This document shows positions 25,271 through 39,179 of a stretch of DNA of 64,000 nucleotides, piece by piece. The DNA is taken from NCBI RefSeq assembly GCF_044704955.1, contig NC_091999.1, positions 20,212,001 to 20,276,000 of the forward strand, written 5' to 3'. Under the pieces are notes generated by a model. The model worked only from the letters and a program-made list of their open reading frames with translations, was not told the origin of the DNA and searched no databases. Within the stretch, counting starts at the first letter, position 1. Each line of letters begins with the position of its first letter. This DNA comes from Pristiophorus japonicus (taxonomy: Eukaryota). The position numbers were made by a program, and so were the translations under genes.

Positions 25271-26410
25271 AAGAACATAAGAACACAAGAAATAGGAACA
25301 GGATTAGGCCATAGGGCCCTGCGAGCCCGTTCTGCCATTCAATAGCATCATGGCTGATCTGATCATGGACTCAGCTTCGCTTCCACGCCCGCTCCCCATA
25401 AACCCTGATCCCCTTATCGGTTAAGAAAGTGCCTATCTCTGTCTTAAATGTGTTCAATGTCCCAGCTTCCACAGCTCTCTGAGGCAGCGAATTCCAAGGA
25501 TTCACAAACCACGAAGAGAGGAAATTCCTCCTCATCTCTGTTTTAAATGGGCGGCATCTTATTCTGAGATCATGCCCTCTAGTTTGAGTCTCCCCCATCA
25601 GTGGAAACATCATCTCTGCATCCGCCTTGTCAAGCCCCCTCATATTCTGATACTTTTCAATAAGATCACCTCACATTTTTCTGAATTCCAATGAGTAGAG
25701 GCCCAAGCTACTCTATCTTTCCTCATAAGTACCCTCATTACCAGAATCAACCCAGTGAACTTTCTCTGCACTGCCTCCAAAGCAAGTATATCCATTCCTA
25801 AAAATGGAAAACAAAGCTGTACGCAGTATTGCAGGTGTGGTTTCAGCAATACCTTGCATAGCTGTAGCAATATTTCCCTGCTTTTATGCTCCATCCCCTT
25901 TGCAATAACGGCCAAGATACCATTGGCCTTCCTGATCTCTTGCTGTACCTGCACACTATACTTTTGTGTTTGACACACAAGTACCCACAGGTCCCACTGT
26001 AATCCAGCACTTTGCAATCTTTCTCCATTTAAATATTATCTTGTTATTAGATTTTTTCTGCCAACGTGCACGACCTCGCACTTTCCAAAATTATACTCCA
26101 CCTGCAAAACGTTTGCGCACTCACTTAACCTTTCTATGACCTTTTGCAGATTTTTGGTGTCCTCGTCACACATTGCATTTCCATCCATCTTTGTATCATC
26201 AGCATACTTGGCGAGGTTTCACTCAGTCCCTTCTACCAAGTCGTTAATATAGATTGTAAATAGCTGGGGTCCCAGCGCTGATCCCTGTCGCACCGCACTA
26301 ACTACTGGTTGCCAACCACAGAATGAACCATTTATGCCGACACTCTGTTTTCTGTTAGTTAGACAATCCTCTAACCATGCTGATATTTTACCCCAACCTC
26401 GTGAACTTTT
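25271..26410 (-). mobile_element. CR1 LINE, 5'-truncated
   Basis: aagaacataag tail; ORFs 25371-25643 and 25640-26017 with CR1 RT/C-terminal motifs. Confidence 0.9.
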
Positions 26411-27411
26411 ATCTTGTGCACTAACCTTTTATGTGCAAGCTTCCTTCTGCTCTGGTCCCTGGAGATTGTGTTTTGTATATTCCCTTTCGCCTCTTCCTTC
26501 ATGCTTTTGCAGACTTTGAAGATGGTAAGACATTGTATAAGCATTCAATTTTCTCAGGATGTTTACTGTATTCATTTTCGATACTGAGTAGATCAAAATG
26601 AGGTAATCCCATCCATCGAGCCTTCGCCAGCTCTTGGTAGAGGTGTCCAATTCGTCCCTGGTGCAGTGATGAACAGGGGCCAAGAGTCGGAATCATGAAT
26701 CCATGTACGGACCTTGGGGCTTGTTAGAATTTCAAAATGCCATTTGTGTTTTGGGTCAAGGAACAAATTTGTGGGGACATGGAAGCCATTTGAGAGGTTT
26801 TGATAGAATAAATAGGGGCAATCTTTTTCCAGTGGCAGGAGGAGGGTAACCAAAGAAAACGTTTAAAATAATTGTTTAAAACAGGGGTGGGATGAGATTT
26901 AATTTTTCATACAGCGAATGCACTGCCTGAAAGGTTGGTGGAAGCAGATTGAATTTTAACTTTAGAAACAATTTGCAGACCGATGGGTTCAGGGTGGGTC
27001 TAATTAACAGCTCTCTCCAAGAGCCGGCACTGGCATGATGGGATGAACAATGCTAAATGATACAATGATATTGCTACAAGTTTATGTCGATCATTTTGCA
27101 GCAGTTTCATGCTGGCCATTTTGCAGCAGGTTCATGGTGGCCATGTTGTGACAGATTCATGGTGGACATTTTGCTGAGTCCCAGCTGAGCTATTTTGCTC
27201 GCAGTCAATCTCACCTTATTGAGTATATTGCATATCCAGCTTGCCAAGTAAGACCCACACGATTCAATACAAAGACCGGTCACACCTGAAATGCCATTTG
27301 GAGGAGGCGAGATGTAGCGTCCAGGAATCTTTATTCAATATTTGAAAACAATGAAGCCAGTTTTTATAAAAATAATGAGATCAGGCGTGTGCTGAATTAA
27401 GACAGTGCAGG

Positions 27412-27720
27412 GACGACAACAATAACTTGCATTTATGTAAAGCCTTTTTTGTTATGAACTGTTCCAAAAGATTCGCAGGATTGATTATCAGATAACATTT
27501 TACTTTGAGACATATTAGGAGATATTGGCTGAGTTGACCAAATCGTCAAAGGGGGAGGTTTTAAGAACTGCTTAAAGTAGGAAGTGCTGAGAGTTTTAGT
27601 GCGGGAATTCCAGAGCTTCGGGTCTAGGTAGCTGAAGGCACGGCCACCAATTGTCCAGTCATTAAAATAGGAGGTGCTCAAGAGGCCAACATTGGAGGGA
27701 TGCAGAGATCTTGTAGAGTT
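27412..27720 (-). mobile_element. L2 LINE 3' fragment
   Basis: TIGGRAFSYLDPKLWNS..FKQFLK (L2 C-terminus); ttgcatttat tail followed by (aac)-like repeats. Confidence 0.75.
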
Positions 27721-27731
27721 GTTGGATCACT

Positions 27732-28250
27732 AGTTACAGAGTCCGACTCCATACTAGGAGAGGCACACTGTACACAGAAACATTTGTTAGTGTCTGACTC
27801 TATACTGGAGGAGACACACACTTTATACAGGAACACTTGTTACAACTTCCATCTTAACACTGGGAGAGGCACACTGTACACAAGGACACTTGTTAGCTAG
27901 TCTGACTCCACACTGGGAGAGGCACATACTGTTCACCAGGACACTTGTTACAAAGTCTGACTCCACACCGGGATAGAAACATTGTACGCAGGGAGATTTG
28001 TTACAGAGTCTGACTCCACGCTTGGAGGCACATACTGTGCACAGGAACACTTGTTACAGAGTCTTACTCCTCACTAGGAGAGACACACACTGTACAGAGG
28101 AACACTTCTTAGAAAGCCTGATTCCACACCGGGATATGCACACTGTACACAGGGACATCTGTTGCAGCGTCGCACTGCACACTGGGAGAAAGGCACACTG
28201 TATGCAGGGCGACTAGTTACAGACTCCACTTACAACTGGGAGGGACACCC
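27732..28250. repeat. ~53-bp minisatellite (~9-10 diverged units)
   Basis: Unit like ttacagagtctgactccacactgggagaggcacactgtacacaggaacacttg; starts at 27733, 27786 and so on. Confidence 0.85.
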
Positions 28251-29069
28251 AGGAATGCCGATTGCAATTGTCAATGTCCCACTCAGCTCAGACTGAGCCC
28301 CATCCTAGGCCCTTCCTGTCTGTGCATTTCGTGGGTGCCCCATTGGCGCACATTCAGCCCCAGTTATCCTGCAGAAGCAGGTGCTGTGGGGCGGGGTGGC
28401 TGAGTCACGGGACCCTGTTGCTGGACCTCCGACGTCACAATGGGCTCAACTCGAGCGGAAAACCCTTAAAGGGCCATCAGGATTTAAACCTGTTGAGGTC
28501 GGTTAAAGGGGAGGGGCAGAAAAATCAGTCAAAATTTTCCATATGAGAGTCGTGATCTTTATGAAGTGAAATTTTCACAGTTTCACGCTTAGTCTGGGTC
28601 TGGATTCCTGCAGCGACCTCCGATGTCTATGAGTTTCAACTGAACGAATTCCCGCACAGCCTGAAACAAATTAAAGACTAAATAGGAAATAAACAGACTG
28701 AAGAACAGTGAAAATAACAGGCAGCCCGGGCTTAATTTTTCAAAAATAATTACAAAAAAATATTCCCCATAAGAGTGACTGATTCCCATATATATTGTAT
28801 TTATTACATTAACCGTTAATACAAACACTCACCAGGTCCGCTCCAGACTCCTGCAGGTCAGTATGAGCCGGCAGCGAGCGGGGACAGATTGGTCGGTGAA
28901 GGAGTTTGATTCCAGGTTCAGATGCGTCAGTGACGGGATTGGACCCAGAGTATCAGTGAGAACCTCGGCACAAGAATCTGTGAGACCGACATCATCCAGC
29001 CTGGAGATTAGCAACAAAGATGAAAAGGGAGACAGACAAAGAGAGATAGAAAATGATAACAGGATTTAG

Positions 29070-29490
29070 TGTTTTTCATAAAACGATTGCTGATATTAAT
29101 AAATGTGAGTGTTTATTAATAACACTATTACATATGCTAATCAATGTCAGTGTTTATTAATAGTACGATTACTGATAATAATGTACAGTGTTGTTTAATA
29201 ACACTATTATATGTACTAATAATAATATACAGTGTTTTTTAATAATACTATTACTCATACTAATGTACATTTTTTAACGTTATGGATATTAATAAACACT
29301 ACAGTACTAATACTATTACTGATACTAAAGTACAGTGTTTAATAATACCTACTGATATTAATAAACTCAGTACATTATTCGTATCAGTATTATTATTTTA
29401 CACTGCACATTATTAGGATCAGTAATAGTGTTACGAATGAACACAGTACATTATTATTAGTAACACTATTACTGATAATAATTTATTATA
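29070..29490. repeat. AT-rich degenerate tandem repeat in NLR intron (continues at ~30575-30640)
   Basis: Recurring actattactgata/gtacagtgtttattaataac units, partly inverted. Confidence 0.6.
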
Positions 29491-30570
29491 TTTATTCGTT
29501 CCTGGGATGTGGGCATCGCTGGCAAGGCCAGCATTTATTGCCCATCGCTAATTACCCTTGAGAAGGTGGTGATGAGCCGCCTTCTTGAACCGCTGCAGTC
29601 CTTATGGTGAAGGTATTCCCACAGTGCTATTAGGGAGGGAATTCCAGGATTTTGACCTAGCGACGTTGAAGGAATGGCAATATAATTCCAAGTTAGGATG
29701 GTGTGTCACTTGGAGGGGAACGTGCAGGTGCTTGAGTCTCCAGGCGCCTGCTGCCCTTGTCTTTCAAGTGGTAGAGATCGCGGGTTTGGGAGGTGCTGCC
29801 AAAGAAGCCTTGGCGAGTTGCAGCAAAGTAACTTGTTGATGGTACAAACTGCAGCCACGGAGAAGCAGTGGTGGAAGGCGTGGATTGTTGACGTGTTGAA
29901 TGGAGTGCCAATCAAATGGGCTGCATTGTTCTGGTTGGTGTCAAGCTTCTGGAGTGTTGTTGGAGCTGCACTCATCCAGGCAAGTGGAGATTATTCCATC
30001 ACACCCCTGACGTCTGCCTTGTAGGTGGTGGAAAGCCATTGGGGAGTCACGAGGCAAGACACTCGCCGCAGAATACTCAGAATACCTACTCTTGTAGCCA
30101 CAGCATTTATGTGGCTGGGTCAGTTAAATTTCTGGTCAATGGTGACCTCCAGGATGTTGATGGTGGGGGATTCAGCGATGGTAATATCGTTCACTGTCAA
30201 AGTGTGGTTGTTAGTCGCTCGATTGTTGGAGATGGTCATTGCCTGGCATTTGTGTGGCGCGAATGTTACTTGGCACTTATCAGCTCAAGCCTGAATGTTA
30301 TCCAGGCCTTACTGCATCGAGCATGGAAAGCTTCATTATCTGAAGAGTTGCAAATGGAACTGAACACTGTGCAAACATCAGCGAACAACACCAATTCTGA
30401 CCTTATGATGGCTTGAAATTCATTCATGAAGCAGCTAAAGATTGTTGAGCCGAGGATGTTCAAGGGCTGTGATAATTGCTCTTCAATAACGACAACCATC
30501 TTCCTTTATGCTAGGTATGACACCAGTCACTGGAGAGCTTTTGTCCTGATTCCCATTGACTTCAATTTTA
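29490..30570 (-). mobile_element. Non-LTR retrotransposon 3' fragment (CR1/L2 superclade, clade uncertain)
   Basis: Antisense IIRSELVLFADVCTVF (FADD-like) and MSAAPTTLQKLDT..AAHLIG..HHCFSVAAVCTI C-terminal motif. Confidence 0.7.
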
Positions 30571-32054
30571 AAACTTACTGAATAAAGTTCAGTGTTTATT
30601 AATAACACTGTTACTTATACTAGTAATATTGTACAGTGTTAGACATCCAGCTATTATAAACACAATCTCACACAGAGTATTTTTCAGTCCGGTTCCATCA
30701 GAGCGTCAGACAGCAGTCTTATTCCTGTATCGCCCAGATTTTTCTGACTGAGTCTAAACACAAATAGACAGAGTCTGAGAAACAAATTGAAGCAAACCCA
30801 AATCTGATACAATTCTCTCTCTCTCTCGGATATTACAGAAAGTATTGAAAGCATGTCAGGAAATTAAGAACCAGATTTTCCGGTCACTGACAATGAATCT
30901 CACTCTGTCCAACTCCCTGTACATTCAAGACATGCCAGGAAATGCATCAATTCAATAAAGAGCTTCTTGTGTGAAGGCTTGAAATGTCCCTCAGTCTGGG
31001 CTCATTCCCTGATGATCAGAAATATCCACATGGAGCTCAGTGACCAGCCCCATCATGTTTCGGGAAACTTGTCTCATTTCTGCTGCTTCTTAAATCGGGA
31101 TTTTATGGGAATGGGGCGATTTTCCTGAATGAAACGATAAAGCGATCATTCTCTGTAGTTTATATTCTGTGCATTACCTGAATCTGTGTAAAATCTCGGG
31201 GTGCGTTATATTGTGAAATGGATCTAACTGCTCCTGTAAAATCCATTCCCACAGGATTTTATGTAACAACGAGGTGTCATCCCGTCCTTTTAACAGTTTC
31301 ATATGTCCGTGTATTCCTAGTTGATAGGGGAGGCGGGCCTCTCACTTTAATCCCCATTAAAATGGCTCTACATTTAGTTCAAGTGGAACTGGCCCGAAAG
31401 CTTGGGGGAAATATTCACACAAAGGGGGTAGATTATGGGAAATTCCTGGTCAAGCTGGATTCCGAGCTAGGGGTCTGAATCCAAGACCTCCTGACTCAGA
31501 GGCGCGAGTGCTCTCAGCTGGGCGAAGAGAGGGTGCTTGTATTGGAGAGCGTGAAGACCTGTTCATTGATGGGTTACGGTAACGTTCTGGCACCCTGCGG
31601 AGAGAGATCAGCTTGCCCATTGGCAGCTCACTGCCCAAAAGCTGGGCTTTGCTCTTTGTTACTGAATGTTTGGTGTTTCTGCTTCCCTCTCCTACGCAGG
31701 TCGACAGTCCAGTCCAGCTTGCACCTACACCTCGGGAAAAGGGTGCGATGCTACGACACATGAACTACTGCAGTTAATGTCAGCCTATGGGTCAGGAACC
31801 TCCTCAATGGGCGCCTCTTAGGCAGAGCGAAAAACAGATATATAGCTGATTTATTGCAATTGAATTATCAGGCGATTTCAGTGAGCTGTATTTATTGATC
31901 CAGTAAAGAATGTGAAATCCCTACTTGTGCACAAGGATCCTTTTAATTTCTTTAGTCCTCAGGGAATTACTAACCGATCCTCTAATAATTTTTTTACTTG
32001 AGTTGAATCTGCTGCTCTCTGTTTTAACTGAACTGTTGGTTTCCCTTCATTAAA

Positions 32055-32458
32055 AAGAAAGAAAGGAACACTTGCTTTTATATCGCGCATTTCATGATCA
32101 CTGGACGTCTCGAAGCGTTTACAGTCAATGAAGTACTTTTGGAGTGTAGTCACTGTTGTAATTTATGAAACGCGGCAGCCAACTTGCACAGAGCAAGCTC
32201 CCATAAACTCCCACAAACAGCAATGTAATAATGTCCTGATAACCTGCTTTTGTTATGTTGATTGATATATATATATATATATATATATTGCAAGGACACC
32301 GGCGATAACTCCCCTGATTTTCTTCAAAATATTGCCATGGGATCTTTTACGTCCATCTTAGAGGGCAGACCTCAGTTTAACGTTTTATCTGAAAGACAGC
32401 ACCTCCGACCATGCAGCACTCACTGAGCCCTCAGCACTGTACTGGTTTGTCAGCCGAG
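32055..32458 (-). mobile_element. Deu-type SINE (3' part) with internal (TA)n
   Basis: Reverse complement of the SINE at 35557, including the tail; (TA)n at ~32265-32288. Confidence 0.8.
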
Positions 32459-34439
32459 ATTTTTACAGAGCAACAACACAATCCTTGGGTCTTCACTCAA
32501 CGGTTCGAGACAAATAAAACGTTTTGTCAACACCTGACATTTGTACAGTTCAGGTCCCATACGCTTGAGTCCTTCTTACTGAAGTGTACCCGATCGAGGT
32601 GATTTATTGCATCGAAGAATCCAATGACATGAGACAGCACCATAAAGTAAATTGGGCTCAATAGAAATCCATTAAATGTAAGTGCTTCCACATATACGAC
32701 TGTGCCCCGAGAGAATTCCATATTCTGAGATTCAAACACGTAGTGCAATGTGTTCAGGAGATCCCTTCTACGAGTTTTAATCCATGTGTTTTTAACCTTT
32801 CCTTCAAACTTCTCCATCACCCAGTCAATCATTTGGCCGATTTTTGATGAAGAAATGAACCCAGAAACTCCTCCAGGTGCCGAGCTGCTCTTGGGTAAGT
32901 GAGACCAGCAGCAAAACAGAAAGATATCTTAAATCACCCATCATTCTTGCTGCGGGCTTCACTGGAGAGTTTCCAGATGTCCGTGGGAACTTGAGTCAGG
33001 AATTGTGCGTGTGCAGCTACAAACTCTTGGATGGTGAGGTGATGGAATGTGTGCACCAAGCTCTGCGTTGAATTATGTTTCTCCAAATGTTCCATCATGA
33101 ATCCAGACAGGAACTGGGAAGGTTGCAGATTATACTCGATCAAATCTCCATATCTGAACAATCTTCTTCTCGGAGACTCCTGTCAAGGCCATCTCACCGA
33201 TCTTCAGTAACACATCACGGGGGCTTTCAATTTCTCGGCCATGGCATCTCAGAATGTTGTAAATATAGGAGGAATATAGTTGGGTGGCTGTCTTGAGAAC
33301 TTACTGCTGTTTCTGTCTCTTTGTGTAAAGAAGGGTCCCAGTGACAGCCCGAGAATCCAGCAGTAGGAAGGGTTGCAGCTCATGGTGTACAGGATGTTGT
33401 TCTCCTCCACGTCTCTGAATATAGCTGCTGCGACCACCTGATCTTCTAAATGCCTGTTGAAATAATCCTTCTGTTTTTACCAACAAATCCCAGGATTTCT
33501 GCCCAGACACTAATCTCAGCCTTTTTCAATAAATGTAATGCAGTGGGATGGTTTGTCGCGAGCACTGAACATCCTGGGAGCAGATTGGTGCTGTATTAAA
33601 CTGTACACAATGTCAGACACTTCACACCAATCTTCAGCATTTTGCACATGTGCTTAGGTTCTGTATTTCTCCGACTATCAGCAAAATCAATTCTCTCCTT
33701 GAATTCATCCAAACCGTCGAATATGAACAGCACTCTCTCTGGGTTCTTCTAGCGCTCTCCCAGAATATTCCCAAAGTAAGGATAGAGATCCAGTATCAGA
33801 TTCCTCAAGTATATGCTATAGCTAATAGAATTCAAATCCCGGAATTTAATATTGAAAACAAATTTAATGTGTTAGTATATTTTACCAGTGGCCTAGCCAT
33901 AGACAACTTTTGGTACCAATCTTATCTATCCAATTCCTGGTACTCTGCTCACTGCTGATGAACTCGCAGAATTTGAGTTTGTCTGGGAAGTATTGCTCTG
34001 GAACAATTGACCAGTTCGAATTTTTTTCCAGACGATGTATCTCTCTCCACTCTTCATGGTCTTGGCCTCTAGCCAGCAGTTCATGTTCAACAATTATCCG
34101 ATCTCGAACAGTAGGAATGACCGTTAGCTTAGCGTATCGATCTACCAGCTAGAAAATATCAAACTTCTCCTTTATTAGGGTCGTGTTCTCTCTCAGTGTT
34201 TCAGCTTGTATCCGGAGTGTTTCCTTGTGTTGCTGTTGAATAACTTCAATTGGAGTAGACAGAAAGTGGTTCTCATTGTTAGGTGCATTGTCATAAAACA
34301 ACTTCACAATACTATATTACTAAAATGTTGCAAGATTTAATTCACAGCTTCAAATTAAAACTCGGCGAATGAAGGTGAACAACGGCCAAGAAAGTTTCAA
34401 GTCCTCATTTGCTTCAAATATTTAAGTCGCAAACTCCAT

Positions 34440-34920
34440 GCCCTATCCACTAATTCCGTCTCTCTCCCCGGCAATTGTCAAAGCCTCACCAAGTCTGTTC
34501 GCAACATTGGTGTCATATTTCATCACGAATTGAGCTTCAAACTCCATATCCTCTACATAACAAAAACTGCCGAATTCAATCTCTGTAATATCGACCGTCT
34601 CCGCTCCTGCCTCAGCTCATTTGCTGCTGAAATCATCCATGTCTTTTATTACCTACAGACTCGACTATTCGAATGCTCTGCTGGCCGTCCTCCCACCTTG
34701 ACCCTCTTTAAATTTGAGCTCATTCAAAACTCTGCTGCCCTTAGCCTAACTCACAGCAAGTCCCGTTCACCCATCATCCCTGTGCTCGTTGACAAACGAG
34801 CGCTTCACAGGAGTGTTATGAGACAAAAATAACTAAATTTGACACCGAGACACGTAAGAAAAAATTACGGTAGATGAACAAAAGCTTGGTCGAAGAGGTA
34901 GGGATTAAGGAGGTTTTAAG
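34440..34920. mobile_element. L2 LINE fragments in both orientations
   Basis: Plus-strand ELIQNSAALSLT..RSPIIPVL (L2), then an antisense L2 3' UTR piece (tttgacaccgag..aaaagcttggtc). Confidence 0.65.
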
Positions 34921-35556
34921 ACAGGAGTTACATTGCTGTTGTTTCAGGACTCGTGCAGTTTGTCTGGGATATTACCTGCGCTTCTATAGTCACGTGATCA
35001 CAGCGACGATTTCTGCTATTCTAAAGGTACAGAGGGAAATTTGAAAGAGGATTTAAGGTATTAGGGGCAGGATTTTCGGCTTGCTGCCGTCTCTATTTTC
35101 ACTCTGGAGTGGCAGTAATGGCGGAGGGATGCATTTCTGCGCAGCTGGTGAGTTTCCAGTGTCCCGCCGGGATATTCGGTGCAGGGTTTGCGGCGGAGCA
35201 GAGCAGTGCCGCCTGGGAGAGGTGAGCCGGTGTGCAACGCCCCCAGTTACGACACCGGCTCGATCTTTGGTTCTCACCCAACTGCAGCGCCCCCTAGTGC
35301 GAAGAAAGCTGCTTCCAGAGATCTCACAATCCAGTGAACTCTGTGGAGAGATGTTTGCCTCAATCGACTTTCAATTGATTTCAGTGCTCTGCAGTCGGAA
35401 TGACTTTGTGCGCTTCACTTGTGAAGTCAACTAGCTCTCTAAGCAGCCAATCACGTTGCAGAATATTCATAGCCAGGAAACCAAGAAATGAGAAGCTGCT
35501 TTCTTCCGGATTTTCGTAAAATTTTACAGAAAGCATTACACATTTACATGGGCATC

Positions 35557-36020
35557 GTGTCAGCTATAGCTCAGTCGGTAGAAGTCTCGCTTCTGAACCA
35601 GAAGGTTCAAGTCACACATCAGGGACTATAGCATGTTAATCTAGGCTCACGCTCAAATGCAGTGCTGAGGGAGTGCTGCACTGTCGGAGGTGCCGTCGTT
35701 CAGATAATCCATTCAACAGAGGCACTGTATGCTCTCTCAGGTTGATGTAAAATATCCCATGGCAATATATCGAAGAAGAGCAGGGAAGTTATCCCCGGTG
35801 TCCTGGCCAATATTTATCCCTTTATCAACATAACGAAAACAGATTATCTGGTCATTATTATATCGCAGTTTGTGGGAGCTTGCTGTGCACAAATTGGCTG
35901 CTGCGTTTCCTACATTACAACCGTGAATACATTCCAAATTTCATTCCTTCGCTGTAAAGTGCTTTGAGACGATCGTGGTCGTGATAGGGGCAATAGAAAT
36001 GCAAATCTTCTTTCTTTCTT
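35557..36020 (+). mobile_element. Near full-length tRNA-headed Deu-type SINE
   Basis: Head gtgtcagctatagctcagtcggtag..ggttcaagtc, Deu core, tail aaatgcaaatcttc(tttc)n. Confidence 0.85.
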
Positions 36021-36769
36021 TCAACAAAAAGCTGAAACATCATAAGCAAACTTATTAAAACAATAGGGGTAAAGTCCCAGCCTTGCCGGGTCTATACAGA
36101 ATCCGTATGGACACGGATAGGCCTCGCAAAGTCGGCTTTTCCGATCTGTCAAGATTTCGCGTGCATTCCCACAGGAAGGATGTTGGCATGGGAGGAATTG
36201 GGCTATCCACCAGCCCACCGAACGTCCTTGAAACATTTACACATGGTAAAAGCAGCTGCACAGCCTACTTTACCAGCGCAAGAGTTTAAAAACATATCAA
36301 AATTAAGTTTATTACACATTGCTACAGAAAAACCCTTGTCTATTAAGGTCAGTTTATTTTAAACGCTATTACATTAAAAAATTACGTTAAAAAAATCCCC
36401 CAAATATTTTTTTTTCGAGTACATCTAACTAATTTTAATTTCAATTAATTTTAAATATGTGAGGGTTTTTTTATTTATAATGTGTTCATGTATTTTAGGT
36501 TTTACGCTCATTGATAGTAATGGAAACATGGAGAAACAGACTTCCCATCAATATCAATGAGAATTCAGCAATGATTGGTAGTCCAGGCCCACGTGACTTC
36601 CAGCTTTTTTGTGCGAGTGAGGAAGTCCCCTTCCCGTAGGAGAATCCAATCTATGCCTTCGAACGGAAACTAAGGCGCCTCTGGAGTCACTAGGTACATT
36701 CGTAGAAAAAGTTCAGATCTGTGGCATTCATCCGAAGGAAGCCTCCTATCGGACTTTTGGCCCATAAAG

Positions 36770-37167
36770 ATATTAAAATGTAAAGCTTTTGTCATAATGT
36801 CGAAATTGATACGCCACAAATATAAAAATTAGTTGTTCAGGGCCAGAACGGATATTAAGCAGTCGACACGCTATTAAAACACCAGATACACATATTCCTA
36901 CAAGTCTTCATATTTAATGGGGTGTTTAACAGTGATATTACAGTGGAAAGCTCTAGTTTTCATCCATTTCACTGATTTCACTGATTTCCAGCTATGAGGA
37001 TTTCCACAGCGCAGCCAATGTTGAAGCAGCGAATGACTGTCCACAATTTCACCGATTCCGTATTTTGACGCACATGCGCTACATCCTGTGGTTGCTGTAG
37101 TTTCAAAGGTGCAATAACGGCAAATGTTGTTAGTTTGCCAAAGCTTACTCAACACAAATTCTGGCCA
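36770..37167. mobile_element. Old non-autonomous DNA element (MITE-like) remnant
   Basis: Its end (..caaattctggcc) resembles the end at 60800-60972 (..aaaatcctggcc) and the reverse-complement termini at 58366 and 59388. Confidence 0.4.
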
Positions 37168-37187
37168 TAAGAATTAAATGACTATTA

Positions 37188-39020
37188 AACATAGAAACAT
37201 AGAAACATAGAAAGTAGGTGCAGGATTAGGCCATTCGGCCCTTTGAGTCTGCAGCACCATTCAATATAATCACGGCTGATCATGCAACTTCAGTAACCCA
37301 TTCCTGCTTTCTCTCCATACCCCTTGATCCCTTTAGACGTAAGGGCCACATCTAACTCCATTTTGAATATATCTAACGAACTGGCCTGAATAACTTTCTG
37401 TGGTAGAGAATTCCACAGGTTCAAAATTCTCTGGGTGAAGAATATTCTCTTGATCTCGGTGCTTAGACTGTGACCCCTGGTTCTGGTCTTCCCCAACATC
37501 GGGAACATTCTTCCTGCATCTGACATGTCCAATCCTATCAGAATTGTATATGTTTCTAAGAGATCCCCTCTTATTCTTCTAATTTCCAGTGAATATAAGC
37601 CGAGTCGATCCAGCCTTTCTTCATATGTCAGTCCTGCAATCCCTGGAATCAATCTGGTGAACCTTCGCTGAACTCCCTCAATAGCAAGAATGTCCTTCCT
37701 CAGATTAGGAGACCAAAACTGCACGCAATACTTAAGGCGTGGTCTCACCAAGGCCCTGCACAACTGCAGTAAGATTTCCCTGCTCCTATAATCAAATCGC
37801 CTCGCTAAGAAGGCCAGCATGCCATTTGCTTTCTTTACTGCCTGCTGTACCTGCATGCCTACCTGCAATGGCTGATGTACCATGACACCCAGGTCCCGTT
37901 GCACTTCCCCTTTTAGTAATCTGTCGCCATTCAGATAATAATCTGCCGTCTTGTTTTTACCACCAAAGTGGTTAACCTCATATTTATCCACATTATACCG
38001 CATCTGCCATGCATGTGCCCATTCACCTAACATGTCCTAATCACCCTGCAGCTTCCTAGCATCCGCCTCGCAGCTCGCACTGCCACCCTGCTTAGTTTCA
38101 TCTGCAAACTTGGAGATATTACATTCAATTCCTTCGTCTAAATCATTAATGTATATTGTAAATAGCTGGGGTGCCAGCACTGAACACTACGGCACCCCAT
38201 TACTCACTGCCTGCCATTCTAAAAAGGATTCGTTTCTTCCCACTCTTTGCTTCCTGTCTGGCAACCAGTTTTTTATCCATGTCAATACATTACCCCCAAT
38301 TCCCTGGGCCTCAATTTTGCACACCAATCTCTTGTGTGGGACGTTGTTTACAAGCCTTTTGAAAGGCCAAATGCACCACATCCACTGGTTCTCCCTTATC
38401 CACTCTATTAGTTACATCCTCATAAAACTCCAGAAGATTTGTCAAGCATGATTTCCCTTTCATAAATCCACGCTGATTTGGACCGATCCTGTCACTGCTT
38501 TCCAAATGCCCTGCTATTTCATCTTTAATAGTTGATTCCAGCATTTTCCCCACCACCGATGTCAGGCTAACTGGTCTACAATTCCCTGTTTTCTCTCTCC
38601 CTCCTTTTTTAAAAAGTGTGGTTACGTTAGCTACCTTCCAATCGATAGGAACTGAACCAGAGTCCATGGAATGTTGGATAATGAACACCAATGCAACTAC
38701 TATTTCCAGCACCACTTCCTTAAGTACTCTGGGATGCAGACTATCAGGCCCTGGGGATTATCGGCCTTCAGTCCCTTCAATTTCTCTAACAACATTTCCT
38801 GACTATTAAGGATTTCCCTCAGTTCACCCTTCACGCTTAGACCCTCGGTCTCCTAGTATTTTCGAGTGGTTATTCGTGTCTTCCTTAGTGAAGACAGAAC
38901 CAAATAAGTTGTTCAATTGGTCTGCTATTTCCTTGTTCCCCATTATGAATTCACCTGATTCTGACTGGAAGCGACCTACATTAGTCTTCACTAACCTTTT
39001 TCTCTTCCCATATCTATAAT
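37188..39020 (-). mobile_element. CR1 LINE, 5'-truncated, relatively young
   Basis: (ACATAGAA)3 tail; 247-aa ORF 37290-38033; GNCRPVSLTSVVGK, GFMKGKSCLTNLLEF. Confidence 0.95.
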
Positions 39021-39179
39021 AAGATAGTGTATACACTTTTAAACCTTGCTTATCAGATTTCACATTTTATCTTAATCCTGAGTGCACGTGTCAATTTTTA
39101 TTTCATTCTCTATAGAATTTATAAAAAGGACAATTATAATCTATGCAGTTTACTTCGTGGTTTGCTGACTGTGAGAATA

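Larger units (their letters stand above)
28570..34245 (-). pseudogene. NACHT-LRR (NLR, NLRC3/NLRP-like shark expansion type) pseudogene
   Basis: NACHT exon ~32530-34245: QQQHKETLR..LVDRYAKLTVIPTVRDRIIVEHELLARG, Walker A RVPGIG* (K->TAG at 33926-33928), Walker B LFIFDGLDEF, CNPSYCWIL, TFHHLTIQEFVAA. LRR exons at 30672-30753 (LGDTGIRLLSDALMEPD*), 28833-29000 (168 bp, LTDSCAE..LTHLNLESNSFTDQSV) and ~28570-28660. Multiple stops and frameshifts. Confidence 0.92.
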
